A DNA stretch of 64,000 bases from the NCBI GenBank assembly GCA_027491915.1, contig JAOZGC010000004.1:64001-128000 (forward strand), read 5' to 3'. This document shows positions 9,259 to 19,286 of the stretch, piece by piece. The translations under genes and the position numbers were made by a program. The DNA is from Thermoproteota archaeon (GTDB lineage Archaea; Korarchaeota; Korarchaeia; Korarchaeales; Korarchaeaceae). Every line of letters starts with the position of its first letter. The stretch's first letter is position 1. The notes beneath the pieces were generated by a model. It had not been told where the DNA came from, ran no database searches, and worked only from the letters and a program-made list of their open reading frames with translations.

Positions 9259-9870
9259 GTGGTGGATAAGAAGAGGATCTTGGGGGCCGCCGCGGCCGCG
9301 GCCCTGCTCTTGGCGGCCCTGGCCGCCCTGTGGATCATGGTCGCGAACAGGCCGCCCCCTCCCTACACGCTGGTCCTCGTCTACTCGGACGAGGACGCCT
9401 CCTCCTACCCCGAGGCGCTGGGGAAGGGCGGCTACGCCATAACCATGCTGGTCGGGATAATGACCGGGGGGTACCTCAACCAGTCTAACACCCTGGTGAT
9501 ATCCCCCCGGCAGCTGGACTCGGTCAGGGGCCCCAACACCTCCTACGTGCTGGTAAGGGGGCCCAACTGGGGCGCGGACTCCCTCGGGCTTAGGGTCTTT
9601 CTTGACAACAGGACCGTCGTCGTGGAGGGTAGGAGCGAGGAAGAGCTCGAGATGGCCATAGACAGACTCCTGGTATCCATAGCCGGGGAGAACGCCCTCG
9701 ACGTATCTCCAAGGGGCGATCAACTCGTCGTCCTCTCACCCTCGGGCCAGAGGGTGGGGGTCCAGTGGCTCGGCGGGAAGAGGCTGGACGAGGTGCTGGC
9801 CGTCCCGCTGCTCGGGGGCTCGGGGGAGGACGTCAGGGAGGCGGTTCTGGACGGACTGGCCCGAGGCTAG
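9259..9870 (+). CDS. N-terminally anchored surface protein, S-layer-domain-like
   Basis: N-terminal TM helix; YVLVRGPNW and VVVEGRSEEELEMAIDRL resemble the S-layer C-type alpha/beta domain. Confidence 0.65.
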   Translation: MVDKKRILGAAAAAALLLAALAALWIMVANRPPPPYTLVLVYSDEDASSYPEALGKGGYAITMLVGIMTGGYLNQSNTLVISPRQLDSVRGPNTSYVLVRGPNWGADSLGLRVFLDNRTVVVEGRSEEELEMAIDRLLVSIAGENALDVSPRGDQLVVLSPSGQRVGVQWLGGKRLDEVLAVPLLGGSGEDVREAVLDGLARG

Positions 9871-9962
9871 CGGGCCCGGCGGGACTCGAACCCGCGGCCT
9901 GCGGCTCTCCCCGGCTGACCCGTAGAAGGCCGCCGCTCTGGTCCGTGCTGAGCTACGGGCCC
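9871..9962 (-). tRNA. tRNA-Arg(TCT) with 16-nt intron at canonical 37/38 (intron 9907-9922)
   Basis: GGGCCCGTAGCTCAG...GCGGC-CTTCTA-[CGGGTCAGCCGGGGAG]-A-GCCGC...GGTTCGAGTCC; BHB with central CTTC/GGGG helix and TAC/AGA bulges. Confidence 0.92.
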
Positions 9963-10019
9963 GGTTCGATGGTGGACGAATCCCAAATTAATATGTTGCG
10001 TGGCCGCCGCGACGATGGG

Positions 10020-12179
10020 ATGATGAGGTCCATCTCGTCGGGGGACTGGAGGAGGGTGCTGGCGGCCGCCCTGTGCGTCGCGGCGGCCGCGTCCCTGGGG
10101 GCGCCCCCGGCGGCCCCCTCGGCAGCCTCCAAGACCTACGACTGGAAGGACGTGGTGCTGGAGAACAACTCTGTCATGCTCATAGGGCCATTCTCCGTGT
10201 ACGTCACGGTGAGCAACCCGCCCGGAGGGACCACCGTCCTCTACACGGCGAAGATAAAGAAGGGGGACGTGGTCTGCGAGACTGCCCAGGTCTCCAGCCT
10301 CCTCGAGTCCGACGTCAAGGTCGTCCGCGAGGGGTGCGGGGGAGGGAACGCGGCCTTCACGTTCAAACTCTACGGCGAGGCCTCGGCGGCCGAGGGGCCG
10401 ACCAAGATAAAGTTCGACATACTGGACGCCATCTACTCGCCGGAGACGAAGCTCGACCTGTCCACGTCGGCCAACCGAACCCTCTCGACCAACGAGACCC
10501 AGCTGGTGGTGGACGTGCCCATCTCCGTGACCAACGTCGGGTGGATAACCCCGACGGAGGCCCACATGGCGGTCGGCTACGGCAGGGTCGAGGGGAACGA
10601 GAGCGCCCACATGAGCCTCGTGACTACGATCCCGCCGGTCGCGGATCCGACCAACTTCACCCTCCAGCCGCCGATGCCCGGCCTCAGCAGGAACTACACC
10701 TACCAGTTCTCGCTGGACGCGGGGGGCAGGGCGTACGCCAAGTTCACCCTGACCTTCACCCTGACCTACCCGGCGGACTTCGAGAAGGACGAGCAGCACT
10801 CGACGGCGACGCACGAGGTGTGGAGGTACTCCCCCGGGAGGGAGGTGACCAAGACCCTGACATTCGACTTCGTCGTCGGTGCTCGCTACAAGAACGTGGG
10901 CCAGCCCAGCATGCAGCTCAGGCTGAACCACTCCCAGCTGGTGGCCCAGCCCGGCAGCTCGCTCAGCTTCACCCTCAACATAGAGAACAGGGGGACCGGG
11001 GACGCGTACAACGTCAGCATATACCTGGGGGTCGAGCCGGAGGTCCCCCGGATAGTGCTCACCAGCCCGGACGTGCCCGGCCTCACGGGGGAGCCCTTCA
11101 CCGGGATGATGTCCCGCCCCCTCCTGATAAGGAAGTTCCCGAAGAACGCCTACTCTCCGCCCATAAAGTTCAACGTGGTGTTCCCGGAGGACGTCTACCT
11201 CTCCGACACGGTGTTCACCGTGACCATCCTGGTCGAGTGGCAGAACGCCCTGGGCAAGTGGTTCAACCAGACCCTGACCAGGCAGATAGTGTCGCAGGAG
11301 CCCACCCACCCCAGCATATCCGTCAGCAAGAGGGTGTCCGCCGACAGGATAGGGGTCAACGGGACGGTCGCCGTGTTCGTCCTGGTGACCAACACGGGGG
11401 ACGCGCCGGCGACCGACGTGACGATAACCGACTCCTTCCCGGAGGAGTTCTTCGAGCTGGTGCAGGGCTCCGCCTCGGCGAGCATCAGGACCCTCCCGCC
11501 CGGCGGCAACGCCACAGTGAGCTACAGGCTGAGGGCCCTTAAGGAGGGCGTGGCCACCCTGCCGCCGGCCCAGGTCGACTACTACGACAGGGACGTGCCC
11601 CACACGGAGTTCTCCAACGGAGGGTACGTCACCGTGGTCATGCCCCGGGTCTCCCTCGAGGTCATACAGCTGCCGCCGAGCCCCATGCTGGTCAGGGAGA
11701 CCGCGGACCTGAGGTTCGTCCTGACCAACCAGGGCACCGGTACTGCCAGGGACGTCTCCATCACCGTCATAATCCCCAGGGGGGTGGACGTCATAGACGC
11801 CCAGGGCGACGGCCTGCTGCCGCTGACCAGGACCGAAGACCTCGGGTGGAACGTCTCCTACAGGATAGAGTCGATAGAGCCGGGGTCCAGCGTCGCATGC
11901 GGGATCACCGTGTCTCCCCTCGCCCAGGGCAGGTACCTGATCAACGTGACCAACGCCACCTTCTGGTCTCCCGACGGGGCGGCCCGCTTCGACGTGGAGG
12001 GGGCCTCGGCCCTCCAGGCCAACTTCACCGCCATAGTCCCCTACTCCTTCAGGGTCTTCGCCTCCGTTGCCTTCGCCGGCATGGTGGCCGCCGTCGGGGT
12101 GGGGGTCTACCTGGCTGCCAGGGGGCCGTCGCTGCCGGGCTTCAGGAAGGCCCGCCCCAGGCTCGGCCCGGGGGGCTAG
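10020..12179 (+). CDS. Membrane-anchored multi-Ig (DUF11/COG1361-like) surface protein
   Basis: Start moved to ATG 10020 because the upstream ORF part overlaps the tRNA; signal peptide; repeated (I/V).N.G.G.A..V.I domains; C-terminal TM and basic tail. Confidence 0.8.
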   Translation: MMRSISSGDWRRVLAAALCVAAAASLGAPPAAPSAASKTYDWKDVVLENNSVMLIGPFSVYVTVSNPPGGTTVLYTAKIKKGDVVCETAQVSSLLESDVKVVREGCGGGNAAFTFKLYGEASAAEGPTKIKFDILDAIYSPETKLDLSTSANRTLSTNETQLVVDVPISVTNVGWITPTEAHMAVGYGRVEGNESAHMSLVTTIPPVADPTNFTLQPPMPGLSRNYTYQFSLDAGGRAYAKFTLTFTLTYPADFEKDEQHSTATHEVWRYSPGREVTKTLTFDFVVGARYKNVGQPSMQLRLNHSQLVAQPGSSLSFTLNIENRGTGDAYNVSIYLGVEPEVPRIVLTSPDVPGLTGEPFTGMMSRPLLIRKFPKNAYSPPIKFNVVFPEDVYLSDTVFTVTILVEWQNALGKWFNQTLTRQIVSQEPTHPSISVSKRVSADRIGVNGTVAVFVLVTNTGDAPATDVTITDSFPEEFFELVQGSASASIRTLPPGGNATVSYRLRALKEGVATLPPAQVDYYDRDVPHTEFSNGGYVTVVMPRVSLEVIQLPPSPMLVRETADLRFVLTNQGTGTARDVSITVIIPRGVDVIDAQGDGLLPLTRTEDLGWNVSYRIESIEPGSSVACGITVSPLAQGRYLINVTNATFWSPDGAARFDVEGASALQANFTAIVPYSFRVFASVAFAGMVAAVGVGVYLAARGPSLPGFRKARPRLGPGG

Positions 12180-12251
12180 GTGGGCGCGGGGCGGGCGCCA
12201 AGTTTTATTACGGCGGGGCGCCCCGCGGCCCGCTGAGGGGTGATCTCGCGG

Positions 12252-12584
12252 ATGGGTATGGAGTACGTGTACGCCGCCCTCATGCTCCACGAGCTGGGCA
12301 AGCCCATAGAGGAGGAGGCCCTCTCCGCCGTCTTGAAGGCGGCCGGGGTGGAGCCGGACGAGGCCAGGGTGAAGCAGCTCGTCGAGTCGCTCTCCGAGGT
12401 GGACATAGACGAGGTGATCAGCTCGGCCGCGGCGGCTCCGGTGGCCGCCCCGGTGGTCTCCGCCGCTGAGGCCAAGGCGGAGGAGAAGGAGAAGGGGAAG
12501 GAGGAGGAAGAGGCGAAGGAGAAAGAGAAGGAGAAGGAAGAGGAGGAGGCCGCCATAGCCGGCCTCGGGGCGCTCTTCGGGTGA
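12252..12584 (+). CDS. rpl12: 50S ribosomal stalk protein P1/L12
   Basis: [11 protein letters not shown], Ala-rich hinge, acidic tract, GLGALFG end; SD GGGGTGA upstream. Confidence 0.97.
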   Translation: MGMEYVYAALMLHELGKPIEEEALSAVLKAAGVEPDEARVKQLVESLSEVDIDEVISSAAAAPVAAPVVSAAEAKAEEKEKGKEEEEAKEKEKEKEEEEAAIAGLGALFG

Positions 12585-12636
12585 GCGCCCCTCACTTTTT
12601 AAGACCCCCGACCGACCAACGGTCGGGAGCCCTCAC

Positions 12637-15435
12637 ATGGGAGAGATAGACCTTTCCAAGGCTCTGAACATAGAGTTCCTCAGGGAGAGGGGGTACGTCA
12701 GGAAGAGGTGTCCCTCCTGCGGGGAGCACTTCTGGACCCTCGACCCGGATCGCGAGACGTGCGGGGAATCACCCTGCGAGCCCTACTCCTTCATAGGCCG
12801 CGGGATGGGGAGGAAGGCCGACCTCCCTGAGGTCAGAGAGGGGTTCCTCTCCTTCATGGAGAGGAACGGGCACACCAGGGTGGGCAGGTACCCCGTGGCC
12901 GCCAGGTGGAGGGACGACCTCTTCCTGACCAGCGCCTCCATAGTGGACTTCCAGCCGTACGTGACGGCCGGGCTGGTCCCTCCCCCGGCCAACCCCCTGA
13001 CGATCTCGCAACCCTGCATAAGGTTGAAGGACGTCGACAAGGTCGGGCTGACCATGGGGAGGCACCTCACCATATTCGAGATGATGGCCCACCACGCCTT
13101 CAACCTCCCGGGCAGGGAGATATACTGGAAGGACGGGACCGTCGAGCTCTTCCACAGGTACGCAACCGAGGTGCTGGGCATAGGGGAGGAGGACATAACG
13201 TACAAGGAGGGGATCTGGGTCGGAGGGGGTAACGCGGGGCCCGATCTGGAGCCCATAGTCGGCGGGCTGGAGATAGCCACCCTCGTCTTCATGGAGTACA
13301 GGGACGTGGACGGGCGCTACGAGAGGATGGACGTCCGGGTGGTGGACACGGGATACGGACTTGAGAGGATAACCTGGCTGGTCCAGGGGACTCCCACGGC
13401 ATTCGAGGCGATATACGGCCCGCTGGTCGACAGGTTCCTCTCTGAGTTGGGGGTTGAGAAGCCGGATCGGCGGATACTGGAGGATTACTCGAGGATATCC
13501 TCCCTGATGGCCAGGGTCGAGAAGGGCGCCGCCCTCAGGGAGCTGAGGGAGGCCGCCGCGAGGAGTCTCGGGGTGGAGGCCCCCGCCCTGGAGGACATGC
13601 TGGGTCCCCTCGAGCGGGCCTACGCGATACTAGATCACACCAAGACTGTGACCTTCATGCTGGCCGACGGGATCGTCCCGTCCAACGTCAAGGAGGGTTA
13701 CCTGGCCAGGCTCGTCATAAGGAGGGCCCTCAGATCCGCGGCCGAGATAGGGGCGGAGGTGGATCTCGCCCGCCTGGTAGACATGCAGATCTCCCACTGG
13801 TCCAGGGACTTCCCTGAGATCGCCGAGAAGAGGGATCGAATGCTCGACATGGTCGAGCTGGAGCAGAAAAGATACGAGGAGACCATAGAAAGGGGTAGGG
13901 ACCTCGTCAGGAGGAGGTTGAGGAAGAGGGGGAGGTCTGGGGAGGGGCCGTCCCTCTCCCTAGAGTACCTGATAGAGCTGTACGACTCCCACGGCGTCCC
14001 CCCGGAGGTGGCCGCCGAGGTGGCGGAGTCGGAGGGCGTCGAGGTGGAGATCCCAGACAACTTCTACGAGATAGTGGCGGCCCGCCACGAGGCCCCCGAG
14101 GTGAGGCCCCCCGAGGTTTCCCCCTACGTGGACGAGGTCGAACCGTTCCCGGAGACCGAGCTGCTCTTCTACGAGGACGTCTACAGGACCGAGTTCGACG
14201 CCAAGGTCCTCGGCGTGGTCCGCGGCCGCGGCATCCTGCTCGACAGGACCGCCTTCTACCCGGAGGGAGGGGGGCAGCCCGGCGACGTCGGGATCCTAAG
14301 GGTGGACGGGGAGGACCTCAGGGTATCCAACGTCGAGAAGGTCAAGGGCAGGGTGATCCACTGGGTGGAGGGCGAGGTCCCGGGAGACCCGGTCGGGAGG
14401 GTCGCCCACGGGCTCATAGACTGGCCGAGGAGGCTCTCCCTCATGAGGCACCACACGGGAACCCACATAATCCTAGAGTCGGCCAAGAGGGTTCTCGGCG
14501 ATCACGTGTGGCAGTGGGGCGCCCAGAAGGGGGTCGAGGTAAGCAGGCTGGACATAACCCACTACAAGCCCGTTTCGGACGAGGAGATCCGCGAGATAGA
14601 GGAGTTGGCCAATCGGGTGGTCATGGAGAACAGGCCCGTCATAGCCTCCTGGATGCCCAGGGACCGGGCCGAGGCGAAATACGGCTTCGAGATATACCAG
14701 GGCGGCGTCGTACCCGACCTGATCCTCAGGATAGTGGAGGTGAAGGACTTCAACGTCCAGGCCTGCGCCGGAACCCACGTGACCATGACCGGCGAGGTTG
14801 GACCCATCAAGATATGGCGCGCCAGGAGGATCCAGGACGGGGTGGTGAGGCTGGAGTTCAGCACCGGGATGGCCGCCGTGGGGAGGCTGCTCTCCGTGTT
14901 CGATCAGGCCAAGAGGTCCGCCGAGATCCTGGGCACCGGGACGGACGATCTACTGAGGGCCGTGAAATCTCTCGCGGAGCAGAATAAGATCCTGGTAAAG
15001 GAGGTCAGGAGGCTCTCCAGGAGGGTGGTCGAGGAGGCCGTGTCCTCCTCCGTCAGGGCCGCCCGGGTGGTCGAGGGGATCCGGGCGGCGGCCGTGGAGG
15101 TGGACCTCGGGGACATGGGGGTGCTGACCGAGGCGGCCGAGTCCGCGCGCAGGGAGATCCCAGACATCGCTCTCCTTCTGGTGGGTCCCCGCGGGGGGGA
15201 GAAGGGGAGGCCCGTCGTGATCGCCCTTGGTAGCTCGGCCGTCGCGGCCGGTCTCTCCGCATCCGAGCTCATGTCCGACGTGCTCGCCGGCATCGGCAGG
15301 GGAGGCGGGAGGGAGACGATGGCGCGGGGATCGGTCGGCGTGGACGTCGACGTGGATAAGCTGGAGGTGAGGCTCCTCGAGTCTGTTCGGAGGCGCCTCC
15401 GGTCTACGCGGGCAGGGGCAGAGGCTGAGGATTGA
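12637..15435 (+). CDS. alaS: Alanine--tRNA ligase
   Basis: RYPVAARWRDD, QPCIRL.D, VDTGYGLER, editing domain HTGTH and QACAGTH. Confidence 0.97.
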   Translation: MGEIDLSKALNIEFLRERGYVRKRCPSCGEHFWTLDPDRETCGESPCEPYSFIGRGMGRKADLPEVREGFLSFMERNGHTRVGRYPVAARWRDDLFLTSASIVDFQPYVTAGLVPPPANPLTISQPCIRLKDVDKVGLTMGRHLTIFEMMAHHAFNLPGREIYWKDGTVELFHRYATEVLGIGEEDITYKEGIWVGGGNAGPDLEPIVGGLEIATLVFMEYRDVDGRYERMDVRVVDTGYGLERITWLVQGTPTAFEAIYGPLVDRFLSELGVEKPDRRILEDYSRISSLMARVEKGAALRELREAAARSLGVEAPALEDMLGPLERAYAILDHTKTVTFMLADGIVPSNVKEGYLARLVIRRALRSAAEIGAEVDLARLVDMQISHWSRDFPEIAEKRDRMLDMVELEQKRYEETIERGRDLVRRRLRKRGRSGEGPSLSLEYLIELYDSHGVPPEVAAEVAESEGVEVEIPDNFYEIVAARHEAPEVRPPEVSPYVDEVEPFPETELLFYEDVYRTEFDAKVLGVVRGRGILLDRTAFYPEGGGQPGDVGILRVDGEDLRVSNVEKVKGRVIHWVEGEVPGDPVGRVAHGLIDWPRRLSLMRHHTGTHIILESAKRVLGDHVWQWGAQKGVEVSRLDITHYKPVSDEEIREIEELANRVVMENRPVIASWMPRDRAEAKYGFEIYQGGVVPDLILRIVEVKDFNVQACAGTHVTMTGEVGPIKIWRARRIQDGVVRLEFSTGMAAVGRLLSVFDQAKRSAEILGTGTDDLLRAVKSLAEQNKILVKEVRRLSRRVVEEAVSSSVRAARVVEGIRAAAVEVDLGDMGVLTEAAESARREIPDIALLLVGPRGGEKGRPVVIALGSSAVAAGLSASELMSDVLAGIGRGGGRETMARGSVGVDVDVDKLEVRLLESVRRRLRSTRAGAEAED

Positions 15436-15439
15436 GCTC

Positions 15440-16072
15440 GTGGAGAGGGCGGCCTCGGACCTCCTCCTGATGGAGGCCATGGGCCTACAGAGGGAGGGGA
15501 GCCTGGACCTGGTCGGCCGAAAGTACGGGCTGAGCAGGCCCGAGCGGGCGGCCCTGGCGAAGCTGGTGCGGTGGAATCCGGGGGAGGCCGCCAGGAAGAA
15601 GATCCCCCCCGAGATGGCGGCTGGCAGGAGGGTCGGGGTGGACGGCTTCAACGTCCTGATAACCCTCGAGGCCATAGTCCGGGGGGAGCCCGTGTACCTA
15701 TGCAACGACTCGTTCGTCAGGGACCTGACCTCCTTCAGGAGGGCTAGCCCGAAATCTGAGATCTCGGACGAGGCCGTCGACCTGCTGCTGTCCACGCTCG
15801 GGCGCCTCGGGGCCTCGGAGGTTGTGGTGCTCCTGGACAGTCCCGTCTCGAGGAGCGGGGAGATGGCCGCCGAGTTGAGGCGCAGGATGTCGGACTCTGG
15901 GTTGAGGGGGACGGCCAAGACGTCCCGCTCCGTCGACGCCGATATACTGGGTTACGGAGTCGTCGCCACCAGCGACGAGGCGATAATCTCCAGGGCGGCT
16001 GCGGTGGTCGACCTGCCCGAGGTCGCGTGCGGCGAGTTGGGTGTGCGCCCGAGGAGGGTGGGCTCCTTATAG
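15440..16072 (+). CDS. DUF434-family protein (PIN-like)
   Basis: VG..YGLS..ER, VDGFNVLITLE, D.FVRDL, LDSPVSRSGE, VATSD. Confidence 0.8.
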   Translation: MERAASDLLLMEAMGLQREGSLDLVGRKYGLSRPERAALAKLVRWNPGEAARKKIPPEMAAGRRVGVDGFNVLITLEAIVRGEPVYLCNDSFVRDLTSFRRASPKSEISDEAVDLLLSTLGRLGASEVVVLLDSPVSRSGEMAAELRRRMSDSGLRGTAKTSRSVDADILGYGVVATSDEAIISRAAAVVDLPEVACGELGVRPRRVGSL

Positions 16073-16094
16073 GGTAGGGGGCCCCGTCGGCTCG

Positions 16095-17174
16095 ATGGAT
16101 CCGAGAGGCAACCCAGGACGGGGTTCGGATCGGATCGACATACCCCTGCCGAGGACCGTCGGCATGTCCGAGGGGAAGGTCGTGATGATAGATCAGAGGA
16201 AGCTCCCGGCCAGTCTGGAGTTCCTGGAGTGCGCCGACGTGGAGTGCGTCGCCAGGGCCATAGAGACCATGGCCGTGAGGGGGGCGCCGGCCATAGGGGC
16301 GGCTGCCGCCTACGGCCTGGCGCTGGCCGCCTCAGCCGCGGGCGGTGGGTCCAGGGAGGAGGTGCTCGAGGAACTTTCCAGGGCGGCCGATAGACTCAGA
16401 TCGACCAGGCCGACGGCCGTCAATCTCTTCTGGGCCGTAGACCGGGTTCTGCGCGCCGCGCGTCGGGTTGAGGACGCCGGCGCGATCGCGTCCGCGGTCC
16501 TCAGGGAGGCGAACGCGATAGCCGAGGAGGACGTGAGGGCCAACCTGGCCATAGGGGAGCACGGCAAGTCCCTCATAGGGGACGGCTCCGTCGTGATGAC
16601 CATCTGCAACGCGGGCAGCCTGGCCACGGTCTGGTACGGGACGGCCACGGCGCCCATGTACAGCGCACACCGGGAGGGGAGGAAATTCAGGGTCGTGGCT
16701 CTGGAGACCAGGCCCGTCCTGCAGGGCGCCCGCCTGACGGCCTTCGAGCTGAGCCGCGCCGGGATCCCCGTCACCCTGATAGTGGACGGGGCCGCCGGCC
16801 ACGTGATGAGGGAGCTGGGGGTGGACCTGGTGATAACCGGGGCCGACAGGATCCTCTCCGACGGCACGGTGTACAACAAGATAGGAACCTTCAACCTGGC
16901 CGTCCTGGCCCACGAACTGGGCATCCCGTTCTTCGTGGCCGCGCCGACCTCATCCTTCGACCTGGAGGCCGAACCCGGGGAGGTCGAGATAGAGGTCAGG
17001 CCCCCGGAGGAGGTGACCACCCTGGGCGGCTCCAAGATAGCCCCGCGGGGCGTAGACGTCTACAACCCCGCCTTCGACTTCACCCCGCCCAAGTACCTGT
17101 CGGGCATAATCACCGAGAGGGGGATCCTGCGACCGCCCCTCTCCCTCTCCATACGGAGGGCCTTCGGAGGATGA
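16095..17174 (+). CDS. mtnA: Methylthioribose-1-phosphate isomerase (eIF2B-like family)
   Basis: IDQRKLP, VRGAPAIG, TRPTAVNL, T.CNAGSLAT, ETRPVLQGARLT, NKIGT, NPAFD. Confidence 0.9.
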   Translation: MDPRGNPGRGSDRIDIPLPRTVGMSEGKVVMIDQRKLPASLEFLECADVECVARAIETMAVRGAPAIGAAAAYGLALAASAAGGGSREEVLEELSRAADRLRSTRPTAVNLFWAVDRVLRAARRVEDAGAIASAVLREANAIAEEDVRANLAIGEHGKSLIGDGSVVMTICNAGSLATVWYGTATAPMYSAHREGRKFRVVALETRPVLQGARLTAFELSRAGIPVTLIVDGAAGHVMRELGVDLVITGADRILSDGTVYNKIGTFNLAVLAHELGIPFFVAAPTSSFDLEAEPGEVEIEVRPPEEVTTLGGSKIAPRGVDVYNPAFDFTPPKYLSGIITERGILRPPLSLSIRRAFGG

Positions 17175-18240
17175 GCATCCCGGGCAGCTCCCAGAGATCG
17201 CCCACCCTGGGAACCCCGGGGACGCGCCCGGCGGACCGGCCCCTGTCCACCAGGATGGGCCTCACCCCGGCGGAGAGCGCCGGCAGGACGTCCTGATCCG
17301 GCGAGTCTCCCACCATCACGGCATTGTGGGGGGCCAGCCCGAGGAGATCCAGGGCGGCCTCGTAGCACCCCGCCTCGTCCTTGTTCCTGCCGACGTCTCC
17401 CGAGAAGACCAGGCCGTCGAAGTCCCCCGGGTCCAACCCGGCGGCCCTCATCTTGGAGAGCTGGATCCTCCTGGCCCCGTCGGACAGGATGCAGACCCTG
17501 AAGCCGGCTCGCCTCAGGTCGTGGACGACCCCCGCATCCGGATAGGATGAGATCCTCGAGAGGACCTGCCCCCAATACTCCCGCTCGAGCATCGCCGCCC
17601 TCTCCGGAGGCAGCCCCATCTCGAGGAAGACCCCCAATTTGGAGAACCTGTCCGGCCCTGACCTGGTCCGGTATACCCTGTCCCGGGCCTCCCTGTACCT
17701 CGACGAGAAAAACCCGGGATCGACCCCCTCGCTGCCCGCGACGGCCCTGATCGCCTCCTCCCTGACCTCGGGGTAGTCGGTGAGGGTTCCGTCGAGATCC
17801 ATCAGGACGGCCTCCGCGGCCTCCAGGTACCTGGGATCCAATCCGACGCCCGATACGGCCCGCTCGGCCGAGGATCTGGCCTCTCTCAGGTCCTCCCCCA
17901 GGTATCTGAGGTGGCTCCCCCTCGGGGAGTCGCTGGCCCCGAACCCTGGGACCTCCTCCCCGGGGACCAGGTCGTAGACCTCGTCCTCCAGCCGCTCGTT
18001 CGTCAACCCGTAGACCGCCGTCATGGGGACGATCCGCGGGGAGGAAGTCAGGTAGTCTATGTGCCACCTTATCCTCCCCGGCCCGGTGAGGTGCCTCCTG
18101 ACCCTGGAGAGCACTCCCCCCAGGGCCGATCCGACGTAGCAGTAATAACCCCTCTTGAGGCGGATCCGGCCGAGGGAGCCGACCCCAATCTCCCCCTCCC
18201 CGAGGGAGAGGAGGAGGAGGCAGTAGACGCCGCCCTCCAC
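17110..18240 (-). CDS. Fusion: DUF123/GIY-YIG (Uri) nuclease plus HAD-family phosphatase
   Basis: N-half GVYCL..VGSLG..GYYCYVGSA..RVRRH..RWHIDYL..GFGASDS; C-half DLDGTL, ILSDG, K, MVGDSPDQD..A..AG. Confidence 0.85.
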   Translation of the reverse strand: MEGGVYCLLLLSLGEGEIGVGSLGRIRLKRGYYCYVGSALGGVLSRVRRHLTGPGRIRWHIDYLTSSPRIVPMTAVYGLTNERLEDEVYDLVPGEEVPGFGASDSPRGSHLRYLGEDLREARSSAERAVSGVGLDPRYLEAAEAVLMDLDGTLTDYPEVREEAIRAVAGSEGVDPGFFSSRYREARDRVYRTRSGPDRFSKLGVFLEMGLPPERAAMLEREYWGQVLSRISSYPDAGVVHDLRRAGFRVCILSDGARRIQLSKMRAAGLDPGDFDGLVFSGDVGRNKDEAGCYEAALDLLGLAPHNAVMVGDSPDQDVLPALSAGVRPILVDRGRSAGRVPGVPRVGDLWELPGMLILRRPSVWRGRGAVAGSPSR

Positions 18241-18241
18241 C

Positions 18242-19237
18242 TCAGAACCCCGGGGGCCTCACCCTCAGGACTTCCCTGTTAACGAGGGTCGGCGGCTCCC
18301 TGCCCTCCAGGAAGGCTATCAGATTGTCGGCCACTATCTCGGCCATCTTCGACCTGGTCTCCAGGCTCGCGCTCGCCGCGTGGGGCGCGAGGACGACGTT
18401 GGGCAGACTCAGGAGCGGGTCGTCCGCCGGTATGGGCTCCCGCTCGAACACGTCCAGGGCGGCCCCGGCGATCCACCCCTCCTTCAGGGCCCTGTAGAGG
18501 GCCTTCTGGTCGACCACCCTACCCCTGGCCGTGTTGATCAGGTAGGCGGTCGGCTTCATGAGCCTCAACTTCTCCTCGTCTATGAGGTGCTCGGTCTCCG
18601 GGGTCAGCGGGGTGTGGAGGCTAACGAAGTCGGACTCCCTCAGGAGGTCGTCGAGCTCCCTATACTCGTATCCCCTCTCCCTCTCAAGGTCCTCGTCCCT
18701 GCGGACGTCGTAGTACAGGATCTTCATGCCGAACCCCTCCGCCCTCCTGGCCACCGCCCTCCCTATCCTGCCGAGCCCCACGATCCCGAGGGTGGCCCCG
18801 TGGACGTCCCTACCTATCATCATCAGGGGGTGCCACCCCACCTTCCAGTTCCCCTCCCTGACGTACCGATCTGCCTCGACGACCCTCCTCGCCACCGCCA
18901 GCATCAGCGCGAAGGCGAAGTCGGCCACGGTCTCGGTTAGGACCCCGGGCGTGTTGGTCACGTAGATCCCCCTCTTGGTGGCCTCTCCCACGTCTATGTT
19001 GTCGTAGCCCACCGCGTACTGGGAGATTATCCTGAGCCTGGGCGCCGATTCCATGACCTCGGCGTCTATGGGATCGGTGAGCAGCGGAACCAGGGCGTCG
19101 ACGTCCCTGACCCTCTCCAGTATGACCTCCTTGGGTGGGGGGGCCTCCTCTGTCCACAGATCGACGTCGAAACGCTCCCTTATCCTGCTCAGACCCCTCT
19201 CGGGTATCTCCCTCGTGATGAAGACTTTGGGCCTCAA
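18242..19237 (-). CDS. gyaR: Glyoxylate reductase (D-2-hydroxyacid dehydrogenase)
   Basis: [40 protein letters not shown]. Confidence 0.9.
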   Translation of the reverse strand: MRPKVFITREIPERGLSRIRERFDVDLWTEEAPPPKEVILERVRDVDALVPLLTDPIDAEVMESAPRLRIISQYAVGYDNIDVGEATKRGIYVTNTPGVLTETVADFAFALMLAVARRVVEADRYVREGNWKVGWHPLMMIGRDVHGATLGIVGLGRIGRAVARRAEGFGMKILYYDVRRDEDLERERGYEYRELDDLLRESDFVSLHTPLTPETEHLIDEEKLRLMKPTAYLINTARGRVVDQKALYRALKEGWIAGAALDVFEREPIPADDPLLSLPNVVLAPHAASASLETRSKMAEIVADNLIAFLEGREPPTLVNREVLRVRPPGF

Positions 19238-19286
19238 GGTGTCACCCGATCGAGCCGGGCTCGTCCGCTTTAAACGGTTCCCGCCC

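Noticed and set aside
9765-10019. N-terminal extension of the 804-aa ORF
   Set aside because: It overlaps the preceding gene and tRNA-Arg; the signal peptide begins at ATG 10020.
12470-12550. GAGAAGGA-type tandem low-complexity repeats
   Set aside because: This is the normal Glu/Lys hinge of ribosomal P1/L12, not a CRISPR or VNTR.
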